Below are positions 49,394-59,103 of a stretch of DNA of 64,000 nt, piece by piece. How positions within the stretch are numbered: the first letter of the stretch is position 1; each line of letters begins with the position of its first letter. The position numbers were made by a program, and so were the translations under genes. The stretch comes from Fibrobacteria bacterium (GTDB lineage Bacteria; Fibrobacterota; Fibrobacteria; UBA11236; JADFYW01): positions 224,001 to 288,000 of the forward strand of contig JBNKOC010000012.1 in NCBI GenBank assembly GCA_050294405.1, written 5' to 3'. The notes below the pieces were generated by a model. The model saw only the letters and a program-made list of their open reading frames with translations, was not told the DNA's origin and ran no database searches.

Positions 49394-51841
49394 TTAATAA
49401 ACTCGTTCCCTTTTCTTTATTAGTAGCGCTCTGGCCCTGGCAAGTTTTTCTTCCAGAGCACGAATTTCTTCATTTTCCTCTGGTTGAGGTTGCTTTTGGG
49501 GCTTGGACTCTTGAAAAATTTGAATTTTGGGAATTTCTACAGCTCCTTTTAATAAAGAAATTAAAAAACAGCGGGTGCACTCCACTGCAGCGTTGGAGAC
49601 ATTTAAAAATTCCATGAGCTCTTCGTTTTCTACTCCAGGTGGAATTGGCGGTACGCAGGAGGGGCATCCTGTTTTACAGGGGCAATCCCCTAAAATATTT
49701 AGGCATAATTCCAGGCTTTGAGGCAAAAGCTCGTAAACTTTTTCGCCGTAACCAACTCCGCCTTCGATGGTGTCGTATAAATAAAGGGCGCTTTTCCATT
49801 CTTTGTCGAGCCTTACCGCCAGGGCTACATCTGTTTCCATGTCAGATACATCAGCCATGCATAGGGAAGGCGCGACTCTTTTAAGTATATAGGCCAGGCC
49901 GTGTAAGGCGGATTGCACAAAACGCTTGTCCACTTTTTCCATTTCTTTTTTCCATTGGGGACAGGGTAATATACACATCCCTGTGGTGTCGTATTCAAAA
50001 GCCGGAAGGGTAATGGGGCCATACCCCACATTTTCAAAGGAACGTTCCCGTATTTTTTTATATATCTTGGGTTGCTTGTTTATGTTAAGATATCCAAATT
50101 GAATAATGTGGCCGAATTGAATTTTTTCATCTGATACATCATTCATACTAAGCCGCTTTTCCCATACTGCTTCGGTATAGTAATCCACGGCAATGGGCTC
50201 TACTTTGCAAATTTTTTTATTTAAATCCAAATCCATGGAAATGTATTTTTTACCTAAATGTTGGTATATAGCGTCTTTGTATAAAGAGCCGCGGGCTCCG
50301 ATGGGGTCGATTTCCCCTATGATTTTTGTCCCACAATAAATATCCACGTTGTAATCTGTCATACCCCTTAAATTTACTCCTCTGGCGGGGTAATCCTGTT
50401 TGTTGTATCTAAGCACTCCATACATTTCTTTGAGGGATCCGTCGGATTTCAGAAAATGAAGGCTGTGCTTAAAGGGAAGGTTTTGTGTGAACAATTCTTC
50501 TTCTTCAGAAATAGGATGTTCGTAAGCCATGCAGGGTATATGTTGCATTATTATATAGGGGTTGTCTGCGCTAAGCCAGGCCCTTTCAATGGGGGCCGCG
50601 GTGATAAAATCCGGGTGCCGAACTAAATATTGGTCCACAGGACTGTCTTTAGCAATAAAAACAATGCTGGCTTGATTGCCCTTGCGGCCTACTCTTCCGG
50701 CTTGTTGCCAAAAACTGGCCATGCTCCCGGGATGTCCCGATAATATGCACAAGTCCAAATCTCCAATATCTATCCCCAATTCAAGGGCATTGGTGGATAA
50801 TATCACTTTGATTTTCCCGTTAAACAGATCTTGCTCCAGCTTCCTTCTTTCATTGGGTAATAGCCCGCCTCGGTAGGGCTTTACCAAATGAGCCAGGCTA
50901 GGGTGATTGTCGCAGACAGCGCGATACAAGCGTTCCACTTCCTGTCGGGCTCGGCAAAAACAAATGGTTCTAATTCCCATGGAAGCGGCTTTTCGAATGA
51001 GGCCCACAGATATGGAAGCGGGGCCTTTTCTAAATAAATTTCCACCGGCTCCCCGGCTCAACTGGGGATTGATGGTGTATAAAGTCCGGTGGGGTCTGGA
51101 GGAACCGTCCTTTTTGATTAAAACAAAATCCCTGTGAAAAAGAGCCTTGGCATGTTGGGCGGCATTGCCAATTGTAGCGCTTGAGCAAATAAAAACCGGG
51201 TTCGAGCCGTGATGTTGGCATATCCGAATGAGCCTGCGAAAAACATTGGATACATGGGAACCGAAGGCGCCTCTGTATATATGGACTTCATCCACCACAA
51301 TAAATTTTAACCGGGACAAAAAGCCTCTCCACTTTCGATTGTGCCCAGGGAGGATTCCATTGTGGAGCATATCGGGGTTTGTGATAACAAAGTCAGCTGT
51401 ATCCTGTAAAAGACTGCGGGTTTCCCGGGGAGTATCTCCATCAAATGTTCCGATGTTTCTTTTTTGAAGGACATTTTCTACCAGCTTGCCTAAGTTGCCC
51501 TCCTGGTCTCTGCTTAAAGCCTTGGTGGGATAAAGCAATAAAGTGCTGAAGGGTTGGGAAGCGGCGGAGTATTCATTGAGGATTGGGAGGAAAAAAGCCA
51601 GAGATTTTCCACTGGCCGTTTCAGAAACAATAAGGCTGTCACGATAATTGGAAATGGATTCAAAGGCCTCGTATTGATGGGAAAATAATTGTCCAATGCC
51701 ATTTTTATTGAGTTGTTGCTTTATTTGGGGCGACAGGTTTTGGGGAAAATCTCGAAATTCGGCTTTTCGTTTGGGAAAAATATTTTTGGACTGAATTTGA
51801 GAATGGTATGTGTTTTCAATGAAATCATTGATCCCCAGCAT
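49394..51841 (-). CDS. DEAH-box helicase with DUF1998 (MrfA/YprA/Hrq1 family)
   Basis: TASGKS, YPTKALSRDQ, TNPDMLH, DEVH, SATIGN, TNALELGIDIG, QQAGRVGR, C-terminal CPCKTGCPSC; AAGGAGG RBS before ATG 51841. Confidence 0.92.
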   Translation of the reverse strand: MLGINDFIENTYHSQIQSKNIFPKRKAEFRDFPQNLSPQIKQQLNKNGIGQLFSHQYEAFESISNYRDSLIVSETASGKSLAFFLPILNEYSAASQPFSTLLLYPTKALSRDQEGNLGKLVENVLQKRNIGTFDGDTPRETRSLLQDTADFVITNPDMLHNGILPGHNRKWRGFLSRLKFIVVDEVHIYRGAFGSHVSNVFRRLIRICQHHGSNPVFICSSATIGNAAQHAKALFHRDFVLIKKDGSSRPHRTLYTINPQLSRGAGGNLFRKGPASISVGLIRKAASMGIRTICFCRARQEVERLYRAVCDNHPSLAHLVKPYRGGLLPNERRKLEQDLFNGKIKVILSTNALELGIDIGDLDLCILSGHPGSMASFWQQAGRVGRKGNQASIVFIAKDSPVDQYLVRHPDFITAAPIERAWLSADNPYIIMQHIPCMAYEHPISEEEELFTQNLPFKHSLHFLKSDGSLKEMYGVLRYNKQDYPARGVNLRGMTDYNVDIYCGTKIIGEIDPIGARGSLYKDAIYQHLGKKYISMDLDLNKKICKVEPIAVDYYTEAVWEKRLSMNDVSDEKIQFGHIIQFGYLNINKQPKIYKKIRERSFENVGYGPITLPAFEYDTTGMCILPCPQWKKEMEKVDKRFVQSALHGLAYILKRVAPSLCMADVSDMETDVALAVRLDKEWKSALYLYDTIEGGVGYGEKVYELLPQSLELCLNILGDCPCKTGCPSCVPPIPPGVENEELMEFLNVSNAAVECTRCFLISLLKGAVEIPKIQIFQESKPQKQPQPEENEEIRALEEKLARARALLIKKRERVY

Positions 51842-52046
51842 GGTAGCCTCCTTAAATTTCCTGTTATTGCCATAAAATAAGCAAAAATCCGGTAAAATAC
51901 TATACAATTGTGCAGTGAAATTTTGAGCAGCTATTGGGATTGGTGGGTTTTGATAAAAATTGAGCTCGCTAATCTCCTTGAGTTATCATTATTTTCAAAG
52001 AAAAAACAAATGCCAAGGAAGGTGAAAACAGGGTCCAATAGATAAA

Positions 52047-52994
52047 ATGAGATCAGCTGGAATTGATTGGCTTAAGCTGTCATTGGCATTTATGGTTGTT
52101 GGGCTCCACAGTCAGTTGTTTTATGATGTTAACGCTTTAATAGGATACCTCGCAGTAAACGGAATATTTCGATTGGCAGTTCCAATTTTTTTTGTAATAA
52201 ATGGTTTTTATTTTTATTCAGCTATTATAAATGAAAAATTTAATCCCTGGTTAAAAAGAGCGTTTCGACTTTACTTGTTTTGGATGTTAATATATTCACC
52301 TTATTGGATTTCTTACCAAGGTTTATCAATTTCAACCCTTTATTATTTTATGAGAGATGTCCTTGTGGGGTATTGGCATTTGTGGTATGTAGCTGGGATG
52401 ATAGGTGCCGCATTAATTTTATATCTGATTCGGGGTGTGAAAAATAAATGGTTGTTTATTATACCTGTTTTATGTTTTGTAATAGGGACGGTTTTCCAGT
52501 ATATTTCAGCGCATTCGATTTTGAAAAATACCGTTTTGGCCCCATTTTTCCAGGGATCGTTGCTCCATAGGAATTTTTTATTTTTTGCATTCCCGTTTTT
52601 TTATGCTGGATACGTTATAAATAAAAATGCCTTTCATGAAAAAATATCCAAACGATTAGCTGGAAATATTTCCATTTTAGGAGTTATTGCTTTGTTACTT
52701 GAAGCGGGAGCGAACTTCTTCCAAAATGCCAAAAGCTTCAACCTTTATTTTTCACTTCCAATAGCTTCTATATTTATTTTCATTTATTGTTATAAATTAA
52801 ATTTTAGGGGAAATAGTAAGAATATTGCTTTGCTTTCCTCCGCAATATATTTTGTCCATGTTTTATTTTTAAACATTTTTAAGCTGTTTTTAGAGGTTAG
52901 TCCTACTTATTTGTTTGTATTGGTGTCCGCTGTTTCATTACTCATTTCATGGTTACTCGTTTTGATTAACAGGCGGTTTAAATTCATTTTATAG
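52047..52994 (+). CDS. Acyltransferase family 3 (membrane O-acyltransferase)
   Basis: GIDWLK..LAFMVVGLH, RLAVPIFFVINGF, HLWY, SAIYFVH; about 10 TM. Confidence 0.85.
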   Translation: MRSAGIDWLKLSLAFMVVGLHSQLFYDVNALIGYLAVNGIFRLAVPIFFVINGFYFYSAIINEKFNPWLKRAFRLYLFWMLIYSPYWISYQGLSISTLYYFMRDVLVGYWHLWYVAGMIGAALILYLIRGVKNKWLFIIPVLCFVIGTVFQYISAHSILKNTVLAPFFQGSLLHRNFLFFAFPFFYAGYVINKNAFHEKISKRLAGNISILGVIALLLEAGANFFQNAKSFNLYFSLPIASIFIFIYCYKLNFRGNSKNIALLSSAIYFVHVLFLNIFKLFLEVSPTYLFVLVSAVSLLISWLLVLINRRFKFIL

Positions 52995-53005
52995 CTTAAT
53001 TCGAG

Positions 53006-53878
53006 TTAGCCAAGTCCAAGTAAAAAAGCTCCAATCAACAAGGCAATTAAAGCCCAAAACTTATTTTTAAGATTCTGTTCTTTAAAAAAAAGGCCCCCGA
53101 GTATAAAGGATAAAAGAACTCCGCTTCGTCTTAACGGGGATATTAAGGAAATTAAGCTGCCCGTTTCTTGAATAGCTCTAAAATAAAGCAAATCGGAGCA
53201 TACTAATATAATTCCAATAAACGGCATGCTTATATGGAATTTTATTTTTTGAAGTTTGGGCAAACTCCAAATTATTAGAAGGCTTTGGCTTAAAAAAAGA
53301 TAAATGGAAAACCATGTTTGTAAGTAAAGATAAGGGATATTTAGTGATGTTAGTAAATACTTATCATAAAGAGCGCTGGCCGCCCCTAATAAGGTGGCTC
53401 CTAACATGGCAAAAATCCAGGGGTTGCTGATAAATTTTATTCCCTCTTTTTTTCCAATTAAAGAGAAGGATAAATAGGAAAATAGCACAATCGATAAGCC
53501 GAGCCATTGTAAGCCGGAGGGGCGTTCGGCGAATAAACATATTGCCCCTAATATGACCCAAAATGGCGCTGTGGCCCTTAATGGGGAAGCTATGGATATG
53601 GGTAAATGTTTAAGGCCAATGTAGGCCAGATTCCAGGATAGGTTTACTAGAATTGCTTTGAAAAATATGGCGATTTGCCAATTCAGTCTTAGTGTGTTTT
53701 CTAAACTAAGAATATGGTTTGCCCAGGCGAAGGGCAAGATAAAAAGCAATCCGCTTAAATTTGCTACCCATACAACCTTTACGGCGGGGTTGTTTTGCAG
53801 ACTCAACTTTTTTGAAAAATCATAAAAGCCAAGTAACAAGGCAGAAAGAAGGGAAATGGTTAAAACGTATCCGGACAT
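53006..53878 (-). CDS. EamA/DMT family transporter
   Basis: LLGFYDFSKK, LKHLPISIASPLRA, SALYDKYL, two EamA halves. Confidence 0.85.
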   Translation of the reverse strand: MSGYVLTISLLSALLLGFYDFSKKLSLQNNPAVKVVWVANLSGLLFILPFAWANHILSLENTLRLNWQIAIFFKAILVNLSWNLAYIGLKHLPISIASPLRATAPFWVILGAICLFAERPSGLQWLGLSIVLFSYLSFSLIGKKEGIKFISNPWIFAMLGATLLGAASALYDKYLLTSLNIPYLYLQTWFSIYLFLSQSLLIIWSLPKLQKIKFHISMPFIGIILVCSDLLYFRAIQETGSLISLISPLRRSGVLLSFILGGLFFKEQNLKNKFWALIALLIGAFLLGLG

Positions 53879-54107
53879 AAATTTTGGCGAATTTAGCAAA
53901 TGCGAGCTGCTATGCAGGGCTTAGGCCTGCATCTTTTGGGTTTTTTGAGGGAACGCTGAGTTTTAGTGAATACAATAATTTGTAATAAATTTATTTAAAA
54001 ATTAAATAAATATCTTTAACTTATTAATTTATAATAATTTATGAAATTTTTAATGAATACTAAAAATGTGTAGAAAAAATATTTAAATCAATTATATTAA
54101 ATTAGGT

Positions 54108-54953
54108 ATGAGTCTTAAAAAATTAAAGTCAGTTTATTCTTATTCGGATTTCAGAGAATACCTGAAAGATTTTTATAAGCTGCGCATCATGGAAAAAGCA
54201 GATTATTCCCATCGAGCTATGGCCAAGGAGTTGGGCTTTTCTTCGCCTAACTATATAAAATTGGTTATGGATGGAAAGCGAAACATTGGTCTTAAAGCTC
54301 TTGATAAACTGTCCGAAGGCTTAAAGTTGCGCGAAAAAGAAAAAGAGTATTTTTCCAGCTTGGTGTTTTTTTGCCAGGCAAAAAACTCCATTGAAAAAAA
54401 GTTTTACTTTGGACAATTGGCTTCTTTTAAACCTTCTGTAAAAAAAAGCGCGTTAACCCCCAATGAATATAGATATTACAACGACTGGTATAACTGCGCA
54501 GTAAGAGAATTGGTTGTGCGGGAAGAGATACCTGTTCAAGCCAAAAATATCGCTTCTAAAATTGTTCCCAACCTAACTGTAAAACAAGTAGAAAAGTCAA
54601 TTGAATTGCTGAAAGATTTGGGTTTAATCAGCGGCAATTCAGAGCAGGGTTACAAACTGGAGTCTCAATTTATCGCGACCGATAAAGAAGTAACATCTTT
54701 AGGAATACGCAATTTTCATGGAACCATGATGGATTTGGGAAAGGCTTCTATGGATAGGTTTGCGGGAAAAGATAGGGAAATATCATCCTTAACATTATGT
54801 ATTTCTGAAACGTGTAAGAAAAAAATCAAGAGTAAAATACATGAATGGCAAAATGAAATTTTAGAAATGGTAAAAGAAGATCAGGGTTCCAATAGGGTCC
54901 ACCAATTAAACTTTCAGTTTTTTCCCCTTAGCGGAACTGAGGGTGAATCATGA
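54108..54953 (+). CDS. TIGR02147 family protein (HTH + DUF4423), paralogue 1
   Basis: YSDFREYLKDFY, YSHR, GFSSPNY...GKRN, WYNCAVREL, NFH, REISSLT, VHQLNFQFFPL. Confidence 0.9.
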   Translation: MSLKKLKSVYSYSDFREYLKDFYKLRIMEKADYSHRAMAKELGFSSPNYIKLVMDGKRNIGLKALDKLSEGLKLREKEKEYFSSLVFFCQAKNSIEKKFYFGQLASFKPSVKKSALTPNEYRYYNDWYNCAVRELVVREEIPVQAKNIASKIVPNLTVKQVEKSIELLKDLGLISGNSEQGYKLESQFIATDKEVTSLGIRNFHGTMMDLGKASMDRFAGKDREISSLTLCISETCKKKIKSKIHEWQNEILEMVKEDQGSNRVHQLNFQFFPLSGTEGES

Positions 54954-56602
54954 AAATTTTTCAAAACTTAACACAGATATTATTCTTAGGGGTTATCGCT
55001 TTTAGTCTTTCCCAGTGCAGCTCAGGAGAGAAGCTGGCCGGGGATGGTAGCGGTACCCAAACAGGAAACCCTTCTGTTACGGGTTTTGCGGTGGATTCTA
55101 CTGGAACTTTGTTGCCAAATGCCAATGTAATATTGAGAAAAAGCGATTATCTATCTCCCATTCCTTCGGCAATGGCTAAAGCTCCGGCAGATTTTTTTAA
55201 CGGACGAACAGATTCTCTGGGTGGGTTTCGTTTAGATTCCATTATTCCTGGCAATTACATTCTGGAAATTAACAACAATGAGGGATTATCCCTGGCTCAA
55301 AAAATTCTTGTGGAGGAAAATTCCACTCTCGTGTTAGATACATTAAACCTCAAGCCGAACGGAATTATAACTGGTTACATACCTGTGTCGGATAATATGG
55401 CAAATGGCTTGTTTATCCAAATATTTGGCTTGGAAAGGCTAGTTGAGGTCAACTCAGACTCTGGCTTTTTTTCTTTTACAAATATTCCCGAAGGAATTTA
55501 TGATTTGCGATTGGTATCCAGAGATTCAAATTCTGTAGATACGGTTTTTGAAGATGTGTCAGCCAGCCCGGGAGCAATTACAGAGATCTCCTATTATCCC
55601 GATTGGAGTTACCGGGCATCCATTGATTTAGGGCTGGATAGTTTGCTTCAAGATCAAAATGAATCGATCTCTGATTTTCCAATGTTAATACGTTTAACCA
55701 GTGAAAATTTTGATTTTTCCCAGGCAAGAAAAGAAGCTGAGGATTTGCGGTTTTTAAATAATCAGCAAATTGAAATTCCCTTTGAAGTGGAGTATTGGGA
55801 TAGTGCGACAGCCCTGGGTATTGTATGGGTGAAAGTGGATAGCCTTTCCCAAGCTAAAAACAATTCCATTCAGATGTTATGGGGAAACTCCATGGGAAAA
55901 TCAGCGGAAAACAGTTTTTCCGTATTTGACTCCTCCCAGGATTACTTGGCTGTATGGCATATGGGTCAGTCTGGTGGAGATATTATGATGGATGCTACCC
56001 GGCATAGTGTTAAAGGGGCTCCAGAGGGGATGGATGGCTCTTCTGATGTTATTGGACAAATAGGGCGTTCCCAAATTTTTGATGGGCTTGCCAGTCAAAT
56101 TGTGGTCTCCGATTCAAGCCAAGGAACTATTCCAAAAATAAACTTATCCAGTTACATGCTGTCCAGTTGGGTATATCTGGATTCATTGGTAGAAAACAAC
56201 CAGACTATTTTTTCTTCAGCAAATGGGGAGATTTCTTTATCGGTCAGTGCTTCCGGGCAATGGGAGTATATAGAAAAAAGAGATTCTTTAAATTCAGATA
56301 CTTTGAATTGGCAAGCCAAATCTAATGAATGGGTTTACTTGGCAATGGGTAGAGTGGGCGATAATCTGAATTTTTATGTAAATGGCGAATTGGTTGCCGA
56401 AAAACAAACATCTTCAGTTTCTCAAGAAAATGTAAGTTGGCAAGGCTTTTTAATTGGCAAGGGGCCAGTGGACAATTCTTTATGGTTTAGGGGTAAGATA
56501 GATGAGGTCCGGGTATTAAGGGCAACCCGGACCTCTGATTGGATTCGACTATGCTACGAGTCTCAAAAATCGGGGCATATTGCAAAGCTGAATATTAAAT
56601 AA
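54950..56602 (+). CDS. Lipoprotein with carboxypeptidase-regulatory-like, DUF2341 and LamG-like domains
   Basis: Lipobox LSQC, GSGTQTGNP; FPMLIRL...FDFSQA...DLRF...EVEYWD...WVKV (DUF2341); FRGKIDEVR...RTSDWIRLCYESQK (LamG). Confidence 0.8.
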   Translation: MKIFQNLTQILFLGVIAFSLSQCSSGEKLAGDGSGTQTGNPSVTGFAVDSTGTLLPNANVILRKSDYLSPIPSAMAKAPADFFNGRTDSLGGFRLDSIIPGNYILEINNNEGLSLAQKILVEENSTLVLDTLNLKPNGIITGYIPVSDNMANGLFIQIFGLERLVEVNSDSGFFSFTNIPEGIYDLRLVSRDSNSVDTVFEDVSASPGAITEISYYPDWSYRASIDLGLDSLLQDQNESISDFPMLIRLTSENFDFSQARKEAEDLRFLNNQQIEIPFEVEYWDSATALGIVWVKVDSLSQAKNNSIQMLWGNSMGKSAENSFSVFDSSQDYLAVWHMGQSGGDIMMDATRHSVKGAPEGMDGSSDVIGQIGRSQIFDGLASQIVVSDSSQGTIPKINLSSYMLSSWVYLDSLVENNQTIFSSANGEISLSVSASGQWEYIEKRDSLNSDTLNWQAKSNEWVYLAMGRVGDNLNFYVNGELVAEKQTSSVSQENVSWQGFLIGKGPVDNSLWFRGKIDEVRVLRATRTSDWIRLCYESQKSGHIAKLNIK

Positions 56603-56632
56603 AAAGATTCATTTTTTTAGGAGAGAAAAATA

Positions 56633-58786
56633 ATGAAGAAAAGATTCGACAAAATTTGGGCTGTACTTTTTTTGGTACTAAGTGGAATAATGCACACCGC
56701 GGCACAGGATTTCAATATGATCGGATTTGCTGCTGTAAATGCCGAGGGCATGTCAACAACCACTGGTGGGCAGGGTGGTTCGGTAATTAATATCAGCAGT
56801 TTATCTCAATTGCAAGATTGGGGCGCCAGTCGGGAAAAAAACACCAGCCCTGAAATAGTAAATATTTCAGGTACGATTTCTGCTTCCAGCAGTACTGTAA
56901 TTACCATTAAAAATGGGGCTAATATTTCCATTATTGGAACGGGTAATAATGCCGAATTAGTGAACGTGGGATTAAATATTCGAGATTATGATAATGTTAT
57001 CGTTCGAAATTTGAAAATCAGAGAGGTGTTGTACCCTAACGATGGAATTACTTTGGATGGAGTGAACCATGCCTGGGTAGATCATTGCGAGCTGCATAGC
57101 AAAATTGGAGATGGAATCGGGGTGGATACTTATGATGGTTTATTGGACATTAAAAATGGGTCCAGATATATAACTGTTTCCTGGAATTATTTTCACGATC
57201 ATATGAAATGCAATTTAGTGGGGCATACAAACAGTACTAGTCAACAGGAATTGGATAGCCAAATTAAGGTAACTTATCACCACAATTGGTTTGCCAGAAC
57301 AAATGGTCGAAACCCCAGTTTGCGCTTTGGTGCGGCTCATATGTTTAACAATTATTTTGAAGATATTGATGACTATGGAATTGCTGCCAGGGTGGGCGCT
57401 CATGCGAAAATGGAAAATAATCATTACCACAATGTCAAGCTCCCCATGAGCACGGATAAGTTTCCGGTGGATGGACTGCCCAATGGTTACATATGTGAAA
57501 CTGGAAATATTTTTTCAGGAACAAGTGGGGGCAATGTGATATCCCAGGATGGATGCAATTACTGGAATAGCAGCACTTTGCCTTATAGTTATAGCCTGGA
57601 TGCTGTAAACACGGTGGAAGGTATTACAAAGTTATACACTGGAGTGGGTAAATTAGAAGGCGGAACCGATGCTTTTATATTAAATGTCCAATCTGGCGAA
57701 AATGGGACTGTTAGTTTAAACCCTGGTGGGGGCGTTTATGCAAGTGGCACAGAAGTTACCATTACTGCGGAACCGGATTTTGGATATGAGTTTGTCGGTT
57801 GGTCAGGAGATGCCAGTGGAAACGCAATTAGTGTAACAATTACAATGGATTCGGAAAAAAATATTACTGCAAATTTTCAGGAATATTCTGGCCCAACTTA
57901 TGAATTAACATTGGAAACTTTAGGCGGGGGAGACGTGAGTGTAAATCCTGAACAGGGGCCTTATCCTGCTGGCACTGAAGTTATTTTAACAGCAGTTCCT
58001 AAATTGGGTTTTGAATTCTCTTCTTGGTCTGGTGCCTCAGCAGGTTCTGCAAACCCTTTAACATTAACCATGGACAGTGATCTGGATATCAAGGCGGAGT
58101 TTGTGGAAAAAAACTCCGATAGCTGGACTACCATTGAAGCAGAGTCTGCAAAATGGGCATCGGGCAAGGCTGCTGTAGAAGAAGAATACACAGGATTCTC
58201 AGGGTCTGGATATGTGAACACCGAAAATGAATCGGGCGTATACATCGAATTCGAATTAGATGCAGCCCAATTGGGAGAATATCAAGTGAATGTATATTAC
58301 GCCCTTGGAGTTGAGGGTAATCGCCCCATGGGTATTGTGGTAAATGGAGAAGAATTGTTTGAAATGGATGGAAACTCAACCTCCGATTGGTCACAGTGGA
58401 CTCCAGTAAACTTTACTATCAGTCTTGATGAAGGAAAAAATAATTTCAGGATTGTGGGGAGTGCATCGGAAGGCTTACCGAACATTGACAAAATTGAAGT
58501 GAAACAGGGGGCAAGTTTAAGGCACCAAACAAAGAAAACGCCAAAGTTTTTATCAGTTACCCAGCTTAATGGAATAGATCAAGTACGCGTGGATTTACCT
58601 ACAAATAATTTAAGAGACATGAAACTAGGGGTTTTTGATGTGTTTGGGAATAGGTTAAATAGTTTTAGTTTGTCTGACAACGATATGAGTGTATTGATTC
58701 CGACCAAAGGATTCATTGCTGGAATGTATATATTGGTTTTGCAATCAGAAAAACAGGTTTTTTATAAAAAATTTCTGATAAAATAG
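56633..58786 (+). CDS. Secreted pectate lyase (PL1) with two InlB B-type repeats, CBM35 and T9SS-type C-terminal domain
   Basis: TTGGQGG, NVIVRNL, WVDH, DGLLD, VTYHHNWF...RNPSLRFG; two GYEF/GFEF..WSG repeats; EAE...GFSGSGYVN...PNID; GMYIL...KKFLIK. Confidence 0.88.
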   Translation: MKKRFDKIWAVLFLVLSGIMHTAAQDFNMIGFAAVNAEGMSTTTGGQGGSVINISSLSQLQDWGASREKNTSPEIVNISGTISASSSTVITIKNGANISIIGTGNNAELVNVGLNIRDYDNVIVRNLKIREVLYPNDGITLDGVNHAWVDHCELHSKIGDGIGVDTYDGLLDIKNGSRYITVSWNYFHDHMKCNLVGHTNSTSQQELDSQIKVTYHHNWFARTNGRNPSLRFGAAHMFNNYFEDIDDYGIAARVGAHAKMENNHYHNVKLPMSTDKFPVDGLPNGYICETGNIFSGTSGGNVISQDGCNYWNSSTLPYSYSLDAVNTVEGITKLYTGVGKLEGGTDAFILNVQSGENGTVSLNPGGGVYASGTEVTITAEPDFGYEFVGWSGDASGNAISVTITMDSEKNITANFQEYSGPTYELTLETLGGGDVSVNPEQGPYPAGTEVILTAVPKLGFEFSSWSGASAGSANPLTLTMDSDLDIKAEFVEKNSDSWTTIEAESAKWASGKAAVEEEYTGFSGSGYVNTENESGVYIEFELDAAQLGEYQVNVYYALGVEGNRPMGIVVNGEELFEMDGNSTSDWSQWTPVNFTISLDEGKNNFRIVGSASEGLPNIDKIEVKQGASLRHQTKKTPKFLSVTQLNGIDQVRVDLPTNNLRDMKLGVFDVFGNRLNSFSLSDNDMSVLIPTKGFIAGMYILVLQSEKQVFYKKFLIK

Positions 58787-58793
58787 TTTAACC

Positions 58794-58850
58794 AGCCAGC
58801 CTTTTTATTATAAAGCCGGACCTAGTCAATTGGGGCTGGCTTTTCTTTTT
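58794..58850 (+). terminator. Possible rho-independent terminator after the pectate lyase
   Basis: AGCCAGCC...GGCTGGCT stem followed by TTTCTTTTT; long loop. Confidence 0.5.
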
Positions 58851-58940
58851 CCTTAATATTCAATATGGAAAATGCTGGGTTTGAATTCGCTTTTTTCATT
58901 TAAAATTAAAGTTAGGTTTGTTTTGCTATTTTTGGTAATA

Positions 58941-59055
58941 ATGAATCATTATAATTCAATTTTTTAAAAAATTTAGCGATAAATAAATTAATTTAATTCA
59001 TAAAGCATTGAATTATAATGACTTAAAATTTAATTAAAAAACGACATGAATCATT
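58941..59055. promoter_or_regulatory. Candidate operator array upstream of TIGR02147 paralogue 2
   Basis: ATGAATCATT at 58941 and 59046; perfect 15-bp inverted pair 58946-58960 / 59007-59021. Confidence 0.5.
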
Positions 59056-59103
59056 TTATGTTTTTGATTAGATTAAATCTTAAAATATCCTGGGGTTAAA
59101 AAT

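Noticed and set aside
49394..51841. DISARM/Druantia defence system
   Set aside because: No methyltransferase, DrmA/C/D or Dru genes; single-chain MrfA-like architecture
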